Below are positions 1-11,590 of a stretch of DNA of 64,000 nucleotides, piece by piece. A model generated the notes under the pieces. The model was not told where the DNA came from. It did no database searches and saw only the letters and a program-made list of their open reading frames with translations. Both the position numbers and the translations under genes were made by a program. This stretch comes from Blastocladiella emersonii ATCC 22665 (Eukaryota; Fungi; Blastocladiomycota). Numbering within the stretch: position 1 is the stretch's first letter; every line of letters begins with the position of its first letter. The stretch covers positions 868,001 through 932,000 of the forward strand of contig JANHCV010000009.1 of the NCBI GenBank assembly GCA_025594325.1. Reading direction: 5' to 3'.

Positions 1-1389
1 GCTCGGTAGCACACTCGAGGTGTGTTTTGCTTAGGGAGAGTAACGGCTATCAAAACTCGCGAGTCGGTGCGGACGGCCGCACGGAGCCTCGCGAGCCAGG
101 CGTTTCACGCGTTCTAACTTACACGGGCTGACCAACCCCGCGTGATTTACTCAGTTCATCAACTTAGATCAATTCGCTCCAACGTGTTGCAGTCGTTGCT
201 GCTTCGGAGAGACGCGTCGCGAGGCAGTCCAGCAACTGAAACGCGTCGACGCGACCAATCATGTGAGCACGCGCGACGCGTCGCGCATCCCAGCGTGGGC
301 CGCCAGCAACTCTTCCTTGACGGATATCGATATATTTAATGAGCAGCCACTTGGTGCAAACTCAGATGGACTAAGGGTCCCACGCTACCAACTTGCTGAA
401 GCTTGTTCACGATTCGTTGCCTAGAGCGCAACCTACGGCGAGTACGAGGAAGTTTGACTTGGCTTCCCCTAAGCTTCAAGCAACTCAGATTCCCGGCCAC
501 ATGCTCGGCCTAGTTTGCTCGAACTTGGACCCAGTGAGGGTGAAGTCAGCTCAAGCTCAGCCTCACCTTGGACCGCACCAGCCTCAAGCTTGAGCGAGCT
601 AACGAAAATTCGATGACGTCTCAGCCCTAGCTTGTTCATTCTCGGCCGAACTCCAGCCACTTTTCCAGCTTTCCCAACTGCTGCGAGATCGAGGGGCTGG
701 CTGGGATGGCAATGAATTCGTTGCTCATCAAGGTCTCGCCAGTTTAAGTCATGTTTTCGTTTATTATTTTCAAAAGTCCCTCGTGAACATGTTCCTCATG
801 GTCCTGAACACTGACTGAAACGAGATTTGGAGCGACACATGCGGGCGTCCTTCAACGTGTGAAGCCGAGAATGGCGCGCAGGACCTCAGGCTAGCAACGT
901 CAGTTTGCCGCAGGCCTGTTCGCTTGATCGCAGGACGTCCTGTGGGATTTTCTCCCCCGCTTGATGCCATAAAGTTGAGTAGACCCACGAAAGAAACGAT
1001 GTGTACGCTAAAACTCGACTCGATGCTACCGAGCTGCCGCGGCACCGCCTCGGGCGTCTGATCCAGCTCACACATGGTGCCGCTCAACCCCTTCCACGGC
1101 ATTCCCTCACGCGACGTTTTTCGCAATCATGACGGGACATTCACCTCGACGCCGCGCCGCGCTCTGTGGGTTCTACGTCCTGCGCGCCGTTGCTTGAACG
1201 ATTGCCGATACTCGGCGCAGGGATTTGGTCGCCACCATGAGCTACTTGCTCATTTATGTCCGCCCCAGAGTCGTTCCTTGATATGTTTGTTCATGTGGGC
1301 CCGGATTGTTGCGTCTAATCTTGCGTGAAGAGTAAGCGTTAAGTGGTGGGATGGAGGGATATCTGGTCTTCAGCCCCCCGTGAGACAGT

Positions 1390-2539
1390 TTGAGACGCGT
1401 TGCGATATCATGTGAGCGTCTCGTGGCGTGGCTGAGCACCTTTTCGCCCGCGCTCTCGCCGACCTCGAGCGACGCCGTCCCGTCCCGAGTTCCCTCCTCC
1501 CCCACTCAACCGACGCACCGCCGTCGCAACGTAAAATCCATGCAAAAGCTCGAGACGCTCAACATCCCCAAGGTGATCCACCGTGTTTTATGTTATGCCG
1601 TGGACTTGCACGACGACCCGGACGACTTGACCGGCCTGCTGGCCTGCTGCAGTACTCGAGCGTGATGCTGCAGCGGCTAATCCCGGGCGTGCAGCGCGCT
1701 ATTGTTCGGCGCTGCCCTCAACTCTCCTTGTTCGAGGCGACCGTGCAGGGCGACATCCTCCTTTCCTAGTCGTCTTGGTACCCTCCATCTGAACTCGAAT
1801 TCCATCAACTCGTCCGTCCTTGCTCGCATTTCTGTGCAGCTTCCTCCAGCTCTCGGACACCTCTACATTGAGCGCAACGCATTTGCTGCGGCCATAGAGG
1901 ACCAGCAGTACTGGGTGCTCCCTCACGAGCTGCAGAGCCTTATTCTGGCCCACGAAAAACTTTGGCTTCGCAGCACCAGATCGCTGGCTGCGGCGCTCGT
2001 TGACTCGAAGATCAGGGTGCTTTACTTGATTGATGTCAACATGACAGCACACGAAACCTGTCAAGTGTTAGACTGGCTGCCCAGGTCCCTGGTGACGCTC
2101 CGCTTCGGCCGCTGCCAACTCGTTTCCGAGGTCATCCAAGCGCTCTCGAGAGCACTCTGCCGTGGCTTGCGGGGGCTTGAACTCGTTCAAGTGGAGTTTC
2201 CGCCAGGTTGCCTCGCAGAGTTATTCGGGCTTCTGCCTTCAACTCTCGAAGTGCTGTACCTCTTCAACGTACAAATGACTATGGACGCCATCGAAGTGCT
2301 GGCCAGGAATATGCCATCAAGTCTGCAAACTCTTTGGATCGAGGGAACGCCGGCGCTCAACAATGCCCTTGTGGCGGCCCGCTTGCGGCACTTGCCCCCA
2401 ACAAACCACTTTTCGGACGTTGCCGTCCACGGTCTAATCATGAGCATCCCCCCGAACCTCAAGGACCTGAACCTTCGAGGAAATCGGATCAGCGCTGCTG
2501 GCAAGAGTGCCGTGCGCGCCGCTGCGTCGCGGCTCCGCA
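1390..2539 (+). pseudogene. RNI-like leucine-rich-repeat protein gene, frameshifted and interrupted at its 3' end by two Helitron-like insertions
   Basis: ORF 1702-2811 shows LRR periodicity (LGTLHLNSNSI, LPHELQSLILAH, LPRSLVTLRFGRCQL, LPSTLEVLYLFNVQM, IPPNLKDLNLRGNRI). Upstream coding-like sequence lies in two other frames (1390-1665, 1428-1769), implying frameshifts. Native sequence stops at A2539; the rest of the listed ORF is read-through into element A. The true C-terminus is at 7487-7498 and 13350-13354. The 5' start is uncertain. Confidence 0.75.
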
Positions 2540-2803
2540 TCAAATCGAGGGCTAAAGCCCTCTATTTTTGCCTAGCCGACGCGCGCCCTTGGGATCTGAC
2601 GTGTCTCCCTGGCCCACGTGCGTCACGCACGTGTTTCACGCGTTTCACGGGATATAACCAACGCGTCCGAGTCTCCCACCACCAAGCTCTCTCGCCTGCA
2701 GTCAATCGTGATAGTAACAAAAAAAAATCAAGTATTGTGAATGAGAGGACAGCAACAACAAAGGAGGGAAACGGAGGAAGTGGAGAGAGGAACACGACGT
2801 CGT

Positions 2804-3748
2804 TCAGTTAACTGAACGGCGGCCACCGCCACGGCCGCGGCGACGCTTGGGCATCGCCTCGAACTCGTCCTCGTTGCAGCCGCCCTCTTCGGCGGCCATG
2901 GCGGCCGTGCGCTTGGGCGCGTCAGCAGGAACGGCCGTGGCCGACGCGACCTCGCGATCCGTCGTGCCCGCCTCCTCGATGATGGGCGCCGCGAGCGCGA
3001 CTGTCGCACTTGAAGTCGACGACGACAACGACGCGGCCGACGAGCCGACCGGCGGCCCGGCGGGCTGTACGGCGGTCGAGAGCGTCGAGGTCGACAACGA
3101 CGAGGCGACGGTCGCGTCGACCTGCGAAACGGCGGGCTGCACGGCGGTCGAGGACGACGACGACGCGTTGGTGATCTGCGGTGCGGCGGTCTGCACGGCC
3201 GTCGTCGAGGAGGACGACGAGGCGACGCCATCATTGAGCTCGCGCAGGATCCCCGCCATGCGCGTTGTGAACTCCGGGTCCGAGTCGCCCTCCTCGTCGG
3301 ACACGTCAAACACGAACCGCGGCTGGCGCACGGGCGAGGACAGCGTCAGCCCCAACAGCTGCGTGGCTGGGGTCGGCGGGATGCACTCCTGCGGGCGGGC
3401 GCCGTACGGGTTGCTGCGGCCCGCGGGACCGCCGTGATGGTGCGCCGGCGGCGGCAGAGCGGGCGCCGACGACGAGCCCGCGGGACCACCGTGATGGTGA
3501 TGGTGGGCCGGCGGCGAGACGGCAGGCGCAGACAACGAACAGGGGGTCGACGGTGGGTTGAAGGACGAGGCCGTCGACGGCTGCTGCGGCGGGACGGCGA
3601 GCGTCGACGACGAGGCGGGCGCCGACGACGAGGAAGAGGGGGTGGAGGGCGGGTTGAAGTACGAGGCCGGCGGGGGCATGGCGGGCGCCGTGGGCGCCGA
3701 AGGCGGCGGCGCCGGCGTGATGATCTGCTGCTGCTGCTGCGGCTGCAC
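2804..3748 (-). CDS. Low-complexity Pro/Ser/Ala/His-rich ORF inside element A (possible captured terminal exon)
   Basis: 314-codon ORF starting at GTG directly after a possible acceptor (TTCATTGCGCAG|GTG). Internal duplications (FNPPSTP x2, PPAHHH(HH)GGPAG x2) and a basic C-terminal KRRRGRGGGRR. No recognisable domain. Confidence 0.35.
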   Translation of the reverse strand: MQPQQQQQIITPAPPPSAPTAPAMPPPASYFNPPSTPSSSSSAPASSSTLAVPPQQPSTASSFNPPSTPCSLSAPAVSPPAHHHHHGGPAGSSSAPALPPPAHHHGGPAGRSNPYGARPQECIPPTPATQLLGLTLSSPVRQPRFVFDVSDEEGDSDPEFTTRMAGILRELNDGVASSSSSTTAVQTAAPQITNASSSSSTAVQPAVSQVDATVASSLSTSTLSTAVQPAGPPVGSSAASLSSSTSSATVALAAPIIEEAGTTDREVASATAVPADAPKRTAAMAAEEGGCNEDEFEAMPKRRRGRGGGRRSVN

Positions 3749-3780
3749 CTGCGCAATGAAGTCACACGGCGGCCGCCGGG

Positions 3781-6700
3781 ATCTTCTCGCACAAGTTCGC
3801 GCCGCTGCTGCTGTACCAGGCGATGCGGTGGCTCGACCTCGCGGGCGTCGCTGCTGGCGAGGTGACCGAGCAGGATGTCGAGTGCATTGCGAGCACCATC
3901 AGCGTCGACGGCAAGCCGATGCTCAACGTCGCGCTGCACGACTATGTGTTCCGCCCGCCCGAGCTCGAGAACCTGTCGTGGTACGAGTTCATCTCCTCGT
4001 GGTCGCGCGTCAACATGCCGCCGAAAATGCGCGAGGTCCTTGCCAACGGCGGGCGCGTCGTGCCCGTGCAAGCAGAACTCGGACCAGCTGCCGACATGCC
4101 GCCCGGCACGAGGCTGTCCTTCATGGCCGACCACCCGCTGTCCAAGACGCACGAGCTGCGCAAGAACATCGTCGAGGTCGTGCCCAAAATCGCCGGCCCG
4201 CACATGCCCGACCCGCGCAAGTTTTGGGGACGCGCCCGGGTCCGAGGAAAAGTACTCGCGCATGGCGCTGCTGCTGCTCCGCCATTTCCGCGTCTCGAGT
4301 GGCATTCTCGACGAGAACGGCTCGGCGATCGCCAAGTTCAAGGCGTTCAAGGAGGGCCTCCAACCCGGCGACCCTGCGCTCAACCACCTCGAGTACGCCC
4401 AGGCGTACTACTTCAGTCTCGACGGTGCGCGCGCGTACCGTGAGTGCCGCGATCGCGAGAACGCCGAGCTCTCGGCCAGGCTGTCGCAGGAGGAGCGCGG
4501 CGAGCTGTTCGTTCCATCTCGCGACGGCGACCGCAACGCGTCAAGCTCGCGCGCCAAGGCGAGCGCCAACAAGGACCCGACTGCAGAATGGACCATGTTC
4601 ACTCAGTCGCAGCAGGACATTGCACTCGATCCGGTCATTGCCGACAACGCCATGAACGGTGCTGGCGCCGAGGTCGCGCCCACCGTTAGCGAGCAGAACT
4701 TCAAGCTGGTGATCGACGCGCTGGTCCCTGGTGCTGCTGCAGACCTGGTCGACCACCTGCGCCTCCCTCCAGTGCGCCCGTTCGACGTCAAGGCGGCCGT
4801 TCCACCGACGACGCTCAAGGAGCCCATCTCGGCGAACACGCTGAAAAAATTCCTGGCGCAGCACCGCAGCGCCGTATCTGCAGCGCCGGCCGCTGCTGGA
4901 ACCGCTCCTGTCGCTCCGCAAGGCGGGCAGTCGCCGCTCATTGGCGCGTCAACCACGGCAGACGCTGCTGCCGAGTCGCAGATCGGCGTCGATCCCGAAA
5001 ACGTCATTGAGGACGGTCCAGAAGCTCCAGAAGTACCCGCCGACGACGTTTGGCGCGGTACCTTCGCCGCGAGATTAACGGAATCTGCAGCGAAGCGCAA
5101 GCGGTTCCTCGTCATGAAGGCTGCGGACTTGCTCAACAACTTTGACCACGCGACTTGCGGCAAGGAGTGGACGGAGGCGGAGCAGCGCACCAAGCACACG
5201 CCCGCGTACGCGAGCCTCGCGCAGGTTTCGCTCAAGTTCAACCTCAACGAAGAGCAGCACCGCGCGTTCGTGCTCTTCCTCATGACGCTCATCGACACCT
5301 TCATCGGCGGCAACGCGGGTATCGCAGACGCTGCGGCCTCGGCCGAGCAGAACGTGATCCTGTTGGGCCGCGACGACGTCCTACATGTCGTCGGCACCGC
5401 GGCCCTCCCGCCCATGAGCAAGGACCGGACGCCGGTCATCCTCACTGGCTCGGGCGGCACGGGCAAGTCGCGCGTCGTCGATGCGATCCGATACTTTCTC
5501 GCGTCCTGGAACCGGGAAAAGTGCCTCATGGTCATGGCCATGACGGGCATCGCTGCCGCCAACATTGGCGGTACCACCATCCACGCCACGTTCCAGCTCT
5601 CGCTCAAGGGGGAGAGTCTCAGCCCCGACATCAAGCGCATCCGCACCGACTCTGCTGTCGCCAGCGCGTGGCAAGGACGTCACGCCGTGATCATCGACGA
5701 GTTCTCCATGTGCGACGCGCAGGTGCTCGGACGGGTCGACGCGAGCCTTCGCGACCTGCGTCGGTGCGACGAGCCGTTTGGCGGCTGCATCGTCATGCTC
5801 GCCGGCAACCATTTGCAGCTTCCACCAGTGAACGGCACGGCGCTGTTCCAGCTACCCGAGGTGCTCGACGATGCGCCAGACTCGTTCTTCGAGCGGCTGC
5901 TCGCGTACGACACCACGGGCGCGAAAAAAAAGCACTCAGGCCAGCTCGCGTACTGGCGCGCCCGACGTGTCGTTCGACTCGTGCGCAGCAACCGGTTCGT
6001 CAACGACCCATCATGGGGCAGGTGTCTCAACGCGTTCCGCCTCGACAAGGCCCCCGACGAGTTGCGCCGCCTGCTCGACTCGCGCACGACCGCTCGCCTG
6101 CGCCAGCTGAGCGACGACCAAGGCAACAACGAGCTCAAGAAGATCCTCCAGACGCGCGGGCTCACAGTCCTTGCGCCCGACAACTACACGCGTCACACCT
6201 TCAACCTGCTGTACACGCGGCTCGCCGCTGCGGACCCAGAACGCGTCGTGTTTCAGATCAAAGCCAGCATCACGCGCAAGAAGGAGCGAAACGGCGCAAC
6301 CGTCCGCCCCCCGATTGGCGAAAGGGACCTGTTCCGTCTCGCCGAGGAGCCCGACTCGATCACTCGTTTGCCAACCATCCTCGAGGTCTTTGTCGGCATG
6401 GAAGTGCGCGTCAAGGTCAACCAGTGCGTCGAGAAGGGGTGCGCGAATGGCGCTATCGGCGTCGTGCACCACATCGACTGGTTCCCGGGCACGACGTTTA
6501 CTGAGACCGGCTCGCGCATGTACCGCCCATCGCGGGAGCCACATACTGTGTGGATCGACCTGCCCGACGCGCCGCCTGGCCCTCGGTTTTCTGCCATGCC
6601 GGCCGATTGGCCAGACACGGTCATCCCGCTCGCCATGCACTCGGACGACTTTCTCTACAAGGAGGGCGGTATGACGTCGCGCGAGCGAACCGAACCCAAG

Positions 6701-7255
6701 AAACCCGAGTCCAGCGCACTGTGCGCCAAGATGGTCAAGAACTTCGATACTCACGAGCAGTACAAGGACCACGAGAAGGTCAAGATCAAGCAGTTCCCGA
6801 TCGTGCCTGCCTTTGCAATGACGGTGCACGGGGTCCAAGGCGTGACCAAGAACGCCATCATCTTGACGGATCCGTGCCCAGCTGGCTCGTCTGGATCGAT
6901 CAACGGGTCGTCGCTGTACGTTGCGCTCTCGCGGCTCCGCCAGAGCGCGTTTCTGTGGGTCCTCCATCCGATCCCGGACGGCGTGTACGACGTCATGGTC
7001 CCTGATCCGCGGGCCGTGGCCGAAGACTTGCGGCTCCAGGCGCTAGACGTGTTGACTGAGGGCGCGTTCGCTCACGGACAAACCTTTACGCAAACCCACC
7101 CACGAGTCGCAGAGCTCTTCTGTCACGCGATGCAAGAGCATCGCCAGATCAAGAGCGACAAGGAGGAGGAGCAGAAGGCCCGCGACCGAGAGTACTCAAG
7201 GCGGTATCGCGAGCGTAAGCGCGAGCAGAAGCGCGCTCCAGAATTGCATGAGTAG
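3781..7255 (+). pseudogene. Helitron-type PIF1 (SF1B) helicase, 5'-truncated, one frameshift
   Basis: Motifs: Walker A GSGGTGKS, AMTGIAAANIGGTTIH, Walker B IIDEFSM, GNHLQLPPV, QFPIVPAFAMTVHGVQG, YVALSRLR. The upstream linker (FSHKF, DYVFRPPELENLSWYEF, HPLSKTH, PKIAGP) is in frame 3823 and switches +1 to frame 3875 at AAG TTT T GGG GAC (~4222-4225), continuing EEKYSRMALLLLRHFR. Confidence 0.88.
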
Positions 7256-7486
7256 CGGCGGAGCAAGAGGCTTCGCGAGATTTAGTGTAAGATTTCATTT
7301 GTAGTGTTATAAAGTATACTTGGCTGCTTTCAATTACTTTGGTGTGTGATGGGAACAGAGATGCGACTCCATAATGACGCGCGACTGTCAGCGGTACAAA
7401 ACCTCCCGCGTGTGCCGTGCTCCAACGTGGCGGAGGGCTTTAGCCCTCGATTGAAGACCAGACGCGAAGCGTCTAGGTGGTTCAAG

Positions 7487-7498
7487 TAAAATTGACGA
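7487..7498 (+). other. 12-bp remnant of the LRR gene stranded between elements A and B
   Basis: Sequence TAAAATTGACGA. Joining A2539 + 7487-7498 + 13350-13354 gives CGC ATA AAA TTG ACG ATA TAA (R-I-K-L-T-I-stop) in the LRR frame, followed by AT-rich 3'UTR-like sequence. Confidence 0.8.
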
Positions 7499-7880
7499 TC
7501 TAGTCGAGGGCTAAAGCCCTCTTTCTAGACCGGGTCGCTGCCGGATAGGGTGCCGACGCTCACGTGAGCGCCATGCACGTGAGCGACCCGAAAACGCGTG
7601 ACAGACGCGTCGTTTCTCATGTGACTGCTGTGGCGCAACGCGTCCTGGCCTTGCACGTGATCGGCCTCGGCCCAACCCCCGGAAGCGCGTCGCTTGACGC
7701 TGTTCCGCTCGGCCATCGCGGAACGTTTAACGCTTTGCACCGACCCTCGACCAGGCCCGCGAGACTCCGAGCACATGAGAGCGTGAGAGATGCAGAAGCG
7801 CGGTAAGCTGCTAATGGAGCCCGTGCTTGGCGTGCGTGTTGGAAAACGGACATCACCAAACCGCGCTTGCCGAGGCCCCA

Positions 7881-8096
7881 TGGATCCAGGGTGGATCCAC
7901 CTCGAGCCTTCCAGCGCTGGATCCAGCATTAATCTAACGCTGGATCCAGATTTCGCAGACTGGATCCACCATCATGGAAGGTGGAACCAGCCTTGACTGA
8001 GATGAGCTGGAATGACCTTGGCGGCGACCTGGATCGAGACGTTCATCCACTTTCAAAAGTGTGGACCCACACCTTGATCCATACGCCCTGGATCAA
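7881..8096. repeat. Left subterminal cluster of the palindrome TGGATCCA
   Basis: Exact copies at 7881, 7892, 7918, 7941 and 7961, plus several one-mismatch variants to ~8096. Confidence 0.85.
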
Positions 8097-8263
8097 CATG
8101 TTGTAAATGTAGTTCTAGGCGTCGATCTACGTCTATATCCAACTCTTGCTCAGGCAGAACCAGGAACTGATCGACGGTGAACATGGTGGTGAAGGAACTC
8201 GTGCGAAAATGCATCGAAATGGTCGCAACGACCCAGCAAACCATGCGAGGAAGCCGAACGCAA

Positions 8264-8704
8264 CTAGACGTGTTCGTGCTGCTGCAGGATGAGCTCGAGC
8301 CCGTCGCCAAACGTCGTGTTTGCGCCGCCAGGATCACGGCGGTCCACAAAGTCGAGCGAGTTGGCGATCTGCGGCATCATGAGCTGCGTGAGGGTCGCAG
8401 CGTCGTCGTACACGTTGATGAGGTACTCGGTGTACCCGCCCTGGTGCGCCGACGATGGCCGGTTCCCGTTCGGCGCGACGTGAAGGAAGGCCGAGATGGC
8501 CGACAGCGGCACGATGTGGAACTCGCACGTGGCGGGTTGCGTGGGACGGAGAGCAACCGTCTGCCCGGCGTTAAGGCCTGGCGGAACGACGTGCGGCACC
8601 GACTGGTAGAGGTGGAACCGCTCGACGAGCGTGATCTCAAGTTCAATGTCGTCCAACTTCAGGTCAGAGGGCCAGGTGCGCGGATACCGCTTGGCGACGC
8701 GCAT
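8264..8704 (-). pseudogene. Fragment resembling the C-terminal domain of fungal Plavaka/CMC-type transposon proteins
   Basis: Pattern TLVERFHLY...PGL...FHIVPLSAISAFLHVAP...YLINVYDD recalls the AYVEWF...IIPL..I...HLIP...YVN.F.D pattern remembered for that family. No catalytic core seen. Recognition by eye only. Confidence 0.45.
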
Positions 8705-9188
8705 CCGAGGCCATCAGCAAGCTCGAAGTCTTAACTGAGACTCATAAAGCTTCAAGATGCGAGAGCTCTCACGACCGCCGTTACGACTCTTCACGCGAGG
8801 GAACGCTGCGGCGCGGCTTGCTCGCCGACCAGGTCCGTCTCGGTCCACTTCCAAAGCTCACGGCACGGCCACACGCTTGCAGCGAGTGATTCATGGATCA
8901 TTCATAGAGTGCGACGTCGCGGTACCGTCGCCGGGAGAAGAGAGCGCGGCGCTGCAGCGAAGCGCGAGCCGCAAAACGCGTCGAAGCCAACGTCACGTGA
9001 GCGCGTCGATCGTTTCAGCCGCGTTCGCTTTTCGCGGACTTCGCGCCGCGGCGGCTCGCACTCTCCCGCCCCACCACCAACAGCGCATCCGCCCAGCGCC
9101 GCCACGCGTCCGCGGCACGGTGACCCCACGGTACGCGTCTCTCCCCTTCTCCGAGGTCTCTCGCTCCTCGCGACGTGCATCCACAGCC

Positions 9189-11088
9189 ATGCCTCGAGAC
9201 CCGCGATACGCCCTGCACGCTTCGGCGGGTCTTGCGCCTGCTGCGCTTGATGCTCGCGCCGCGTTCCCACGCCCTCCGCGCCGGCTGTCCGTTCGCTCGC
9301 TGACGCGTCACACGGTCACCTTGCTTTCTTTCGTAGCCTTCGAGATGTACATCAAGCTGCAGCGGCGCTCGTGGGGGCCGTCGTGACGCACCCGCGTCGA
9401 TCTTGACCATGGTCGCGACTAGGTGCGCCGTGTGCGGCTCGGTCTCCTGCTCCCACGGGCCGAGACTCACATGTTCGCGAACTCCATCGGTAGGGCGCCA
9501 AGTACGCCAAGCGGCTACGACAAGCGCCGCGCCTTCGCCCGCCAGGCCAACTCGTGTGCGACGCGCTCAAGGCTACACGGTACGGGCCTTCTCCTTCGCG
9601 TTCTCGGCGTGATTCGCGCTGATCGTGGGCACGGACAGGCTCCGAGCTCCCGAGCGACATCGCTCGTGTCGTCGGCCCAGATCCTGGCGACGCGGCCCGT
9701 CCGTTCGCGCCATGTGTATACTTCGCCCGATCCCTTGCTCACTTGTCTCCGCCACGTCACCCATAGCCTCGGTCAACCACGACAAGCCTCAACGGTGCTC
9801 CAGAACACGCGGCGAGGTCTCGCTGCTCGGGTCGTCGCTGGCCTCAAGCACGCGCCTGGCTGCACGTGCGAGTCCGAGTTCGAGGTACGTGACTCGGTCA
9901 ACACGCGCCCATGGACCGAAGCTGACACGGCCGATTTGAGTAGTTCATCCAGTACGTCAAGCTGCAGCGGCAAGGGTCGCCTCGTCGTCCGCCCTTGTGG
10001 CGCGCGCGAGGTCGTGCGGCGTCGATCTCATACACCCGCATCAAGGACTGGAACCTCAAGTACAAGCTCGGCATCAAGGATATCGAGGCGTTTGACAAGG
10101 AGGTACGCGGACGCGGTGTGGGTCGCCGCGGTGGCAGGTGCTGATGCCGCTTCTGTGTAGGTCACCAAGGCCCTGCAGACGATCCGCAAGCCGTTCAAGG
10201 AGAACTCGAAGTGGGTCGACCTCGTGCAGGCGGCCGCCGACAACTCGTGCATCATCACCAACAAGGTCGGCGAAAAGAAGTCGCTCACCAAGCAGTGGCT
10301 GGTCGGCGAGGCGCCCGAGGAGCTCCACCGCGCCACGCTGGCCATGGTCGACGAGTACGACGACGCCGAGCTCGACATGGATTTCGCCGACACCGACCTC
10401 GATGCGGGGATGTCGGTCCGCGCGTGCCGTGGTGCTCACCCGCTGTACGTGTCCTTCCTCGACCGACTTCTCTTTGGGCAGGCGAACGACATGGCCAACG
10501 CTCGAGGCTCGAACCAGTCGTCGCACGGTACGGCTTTGCTCACCAAGTCGCACTCAATCCCGTCGCTCACGTTCCGCACTGTAGCCAAGCGCATGGCCGG
10601 CTACGCGATTGTCAGCGACCTCAAGCTGCTCGACATCAACAAGCCCCTCCCGATCGACGGGTCAAGTCCGGTGTGGCGCATCATGGCCGCGGTCGCTGTC
10701 CTTGTACGTTTTGCTCTTGCAATCTGCCGGGTTCCTCCGTTCGCCTTCGCCCTCTCTGACTTCACCGCGATGCACGCTCGCCGCTTTCTAGTGCGCATGG
10801 CGCATCACTGGGAGCGCGTACCGACAAGATATCATCGTCGGCCTGACCAAGGAGGACGCCAAGGTGACGCTCGCCGACTACTACGACGCCTTCCTCGTCT
10901 CGAGCACGGGTTCGGTTTCCGTCGCCAAGCGCATCTACCTGGCCTCGCAGCTCCGCTCGCTGTTCAAGCGTGGGATCCTCAACGTCAGCCTCGCCGAGAT
11001 CGCCCAGCAGAACACGGGCGTCGAGACGACCAAGACCCAGGCGGCTATGACCGTCGACATTGCAAACGACATCTGCCCCGACGAGTAG
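9189..11088 (+). pseudogene. Multi-intron gene of unknown function inside the nested element, probably decayed
   Basis: A series of short GT(ACG/GCG)...AG introns separates coding-like exons (FEMYIKLQRR, FIQYVKLQRQG, RIKDWNLKYKLGIKDIEAFDKE, VTKALQTIRKPFKENSKW, TLADYYDAFLVSS...ICPDE-stop). Apparent frameshift near 9370-9376. Confidence 0.5.
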
Positions 11089-11245
11089 CTGCGCCATACC
11101 ACATCTCGGGTGGCGGGATGTGCAGCGGGCGGTGCTCAAGGGCAGGTTCCCTTCCTTCATCTCGACCTCTCTGCCCTCTCCATGGTCATCGTTGTGGGGC
11201 GTACGCGTGTGTATATATTGAACCGTTCGACCCTTGATTTGCTCG

Positions 11246-11590
11246 TGGATCTCGAGTGCGCGTGCGTGGATTGCGACGTGGATCAGCGCCTCGACTCAGG
11301 CTATAACCAAATGGATCCACGCCAAGGTCGAGTTGATCGTCAAACTGATCGACGCAAGGATCCATGTTTATCGTGGCCTAGTTCCGTGCCTGGATTGCTA
11401 TATTACTTTTCTGGATCAAGCGTGGATCAAGCTTGGGCGAGCTGGATCCACCCGCAAACCGTGCGGACCTCTTAGATGGATCCAGCTTTTGGTCAAGGTG
11501 GATCGCGAGCTGGATCCAGGAAAGTAATATAGCAATCCACATTCCCCCGAGGTCCATCCAGTCCACGGCTGGATCCAGGGCGGATCCACT
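11246..11590. repeat. Right subterminal cluster of TGGATCCA with an internal 26-bp inverted repeat
   Basis: Exact copies at 11312, 11443, 11477, 11511 and 11570, plus variants. 11392-11417 is inverted at 11513-11538 (25/26 match). Confidence 0.85.

Larger units (their letters stand above)
2540..7486 (+). mobile_element. Helitron-like element A (non-autonomous; PIF1 helicase, no Rep domain seen)
   Basis: 5' end is A|TCAAATCGAGGGCTAAAGCCCTC. 2543-2562 is a perfect 20-bp inverted repeat of 7433-7452. A hairpin AGACGC-GAA-GCGTCT at 7460-7474 lies 12 nt before the CAAG|T end. No TSD. Contains a Helitron-type PIF1 ORF. The same termini bound 7499-13349. Confidence 0.85.

Noticed and set aside
1-1389. 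Short ORFs and AAGCT(T/C)-rich stretch at the window start
   Set aside because: No motif, terminal repeat or convincing gene model could be supported; part may be the decayed 5' end of the LRR gene.
2540-2811. C-terminal ~90 aa of ORF 1702-2811 as part of the LRR protein
   Set aside because: This is read-through into the 5' non-coding end of element A.
7473-7476. CTAG as the canonical Helitron 3' end (also 13336-13339)
   Set aside because: It overlaps the hairpin stem and is followed by G, not T. Shared sequence continues to CAAG, and only the CAAG end restores the LRR reading frame.
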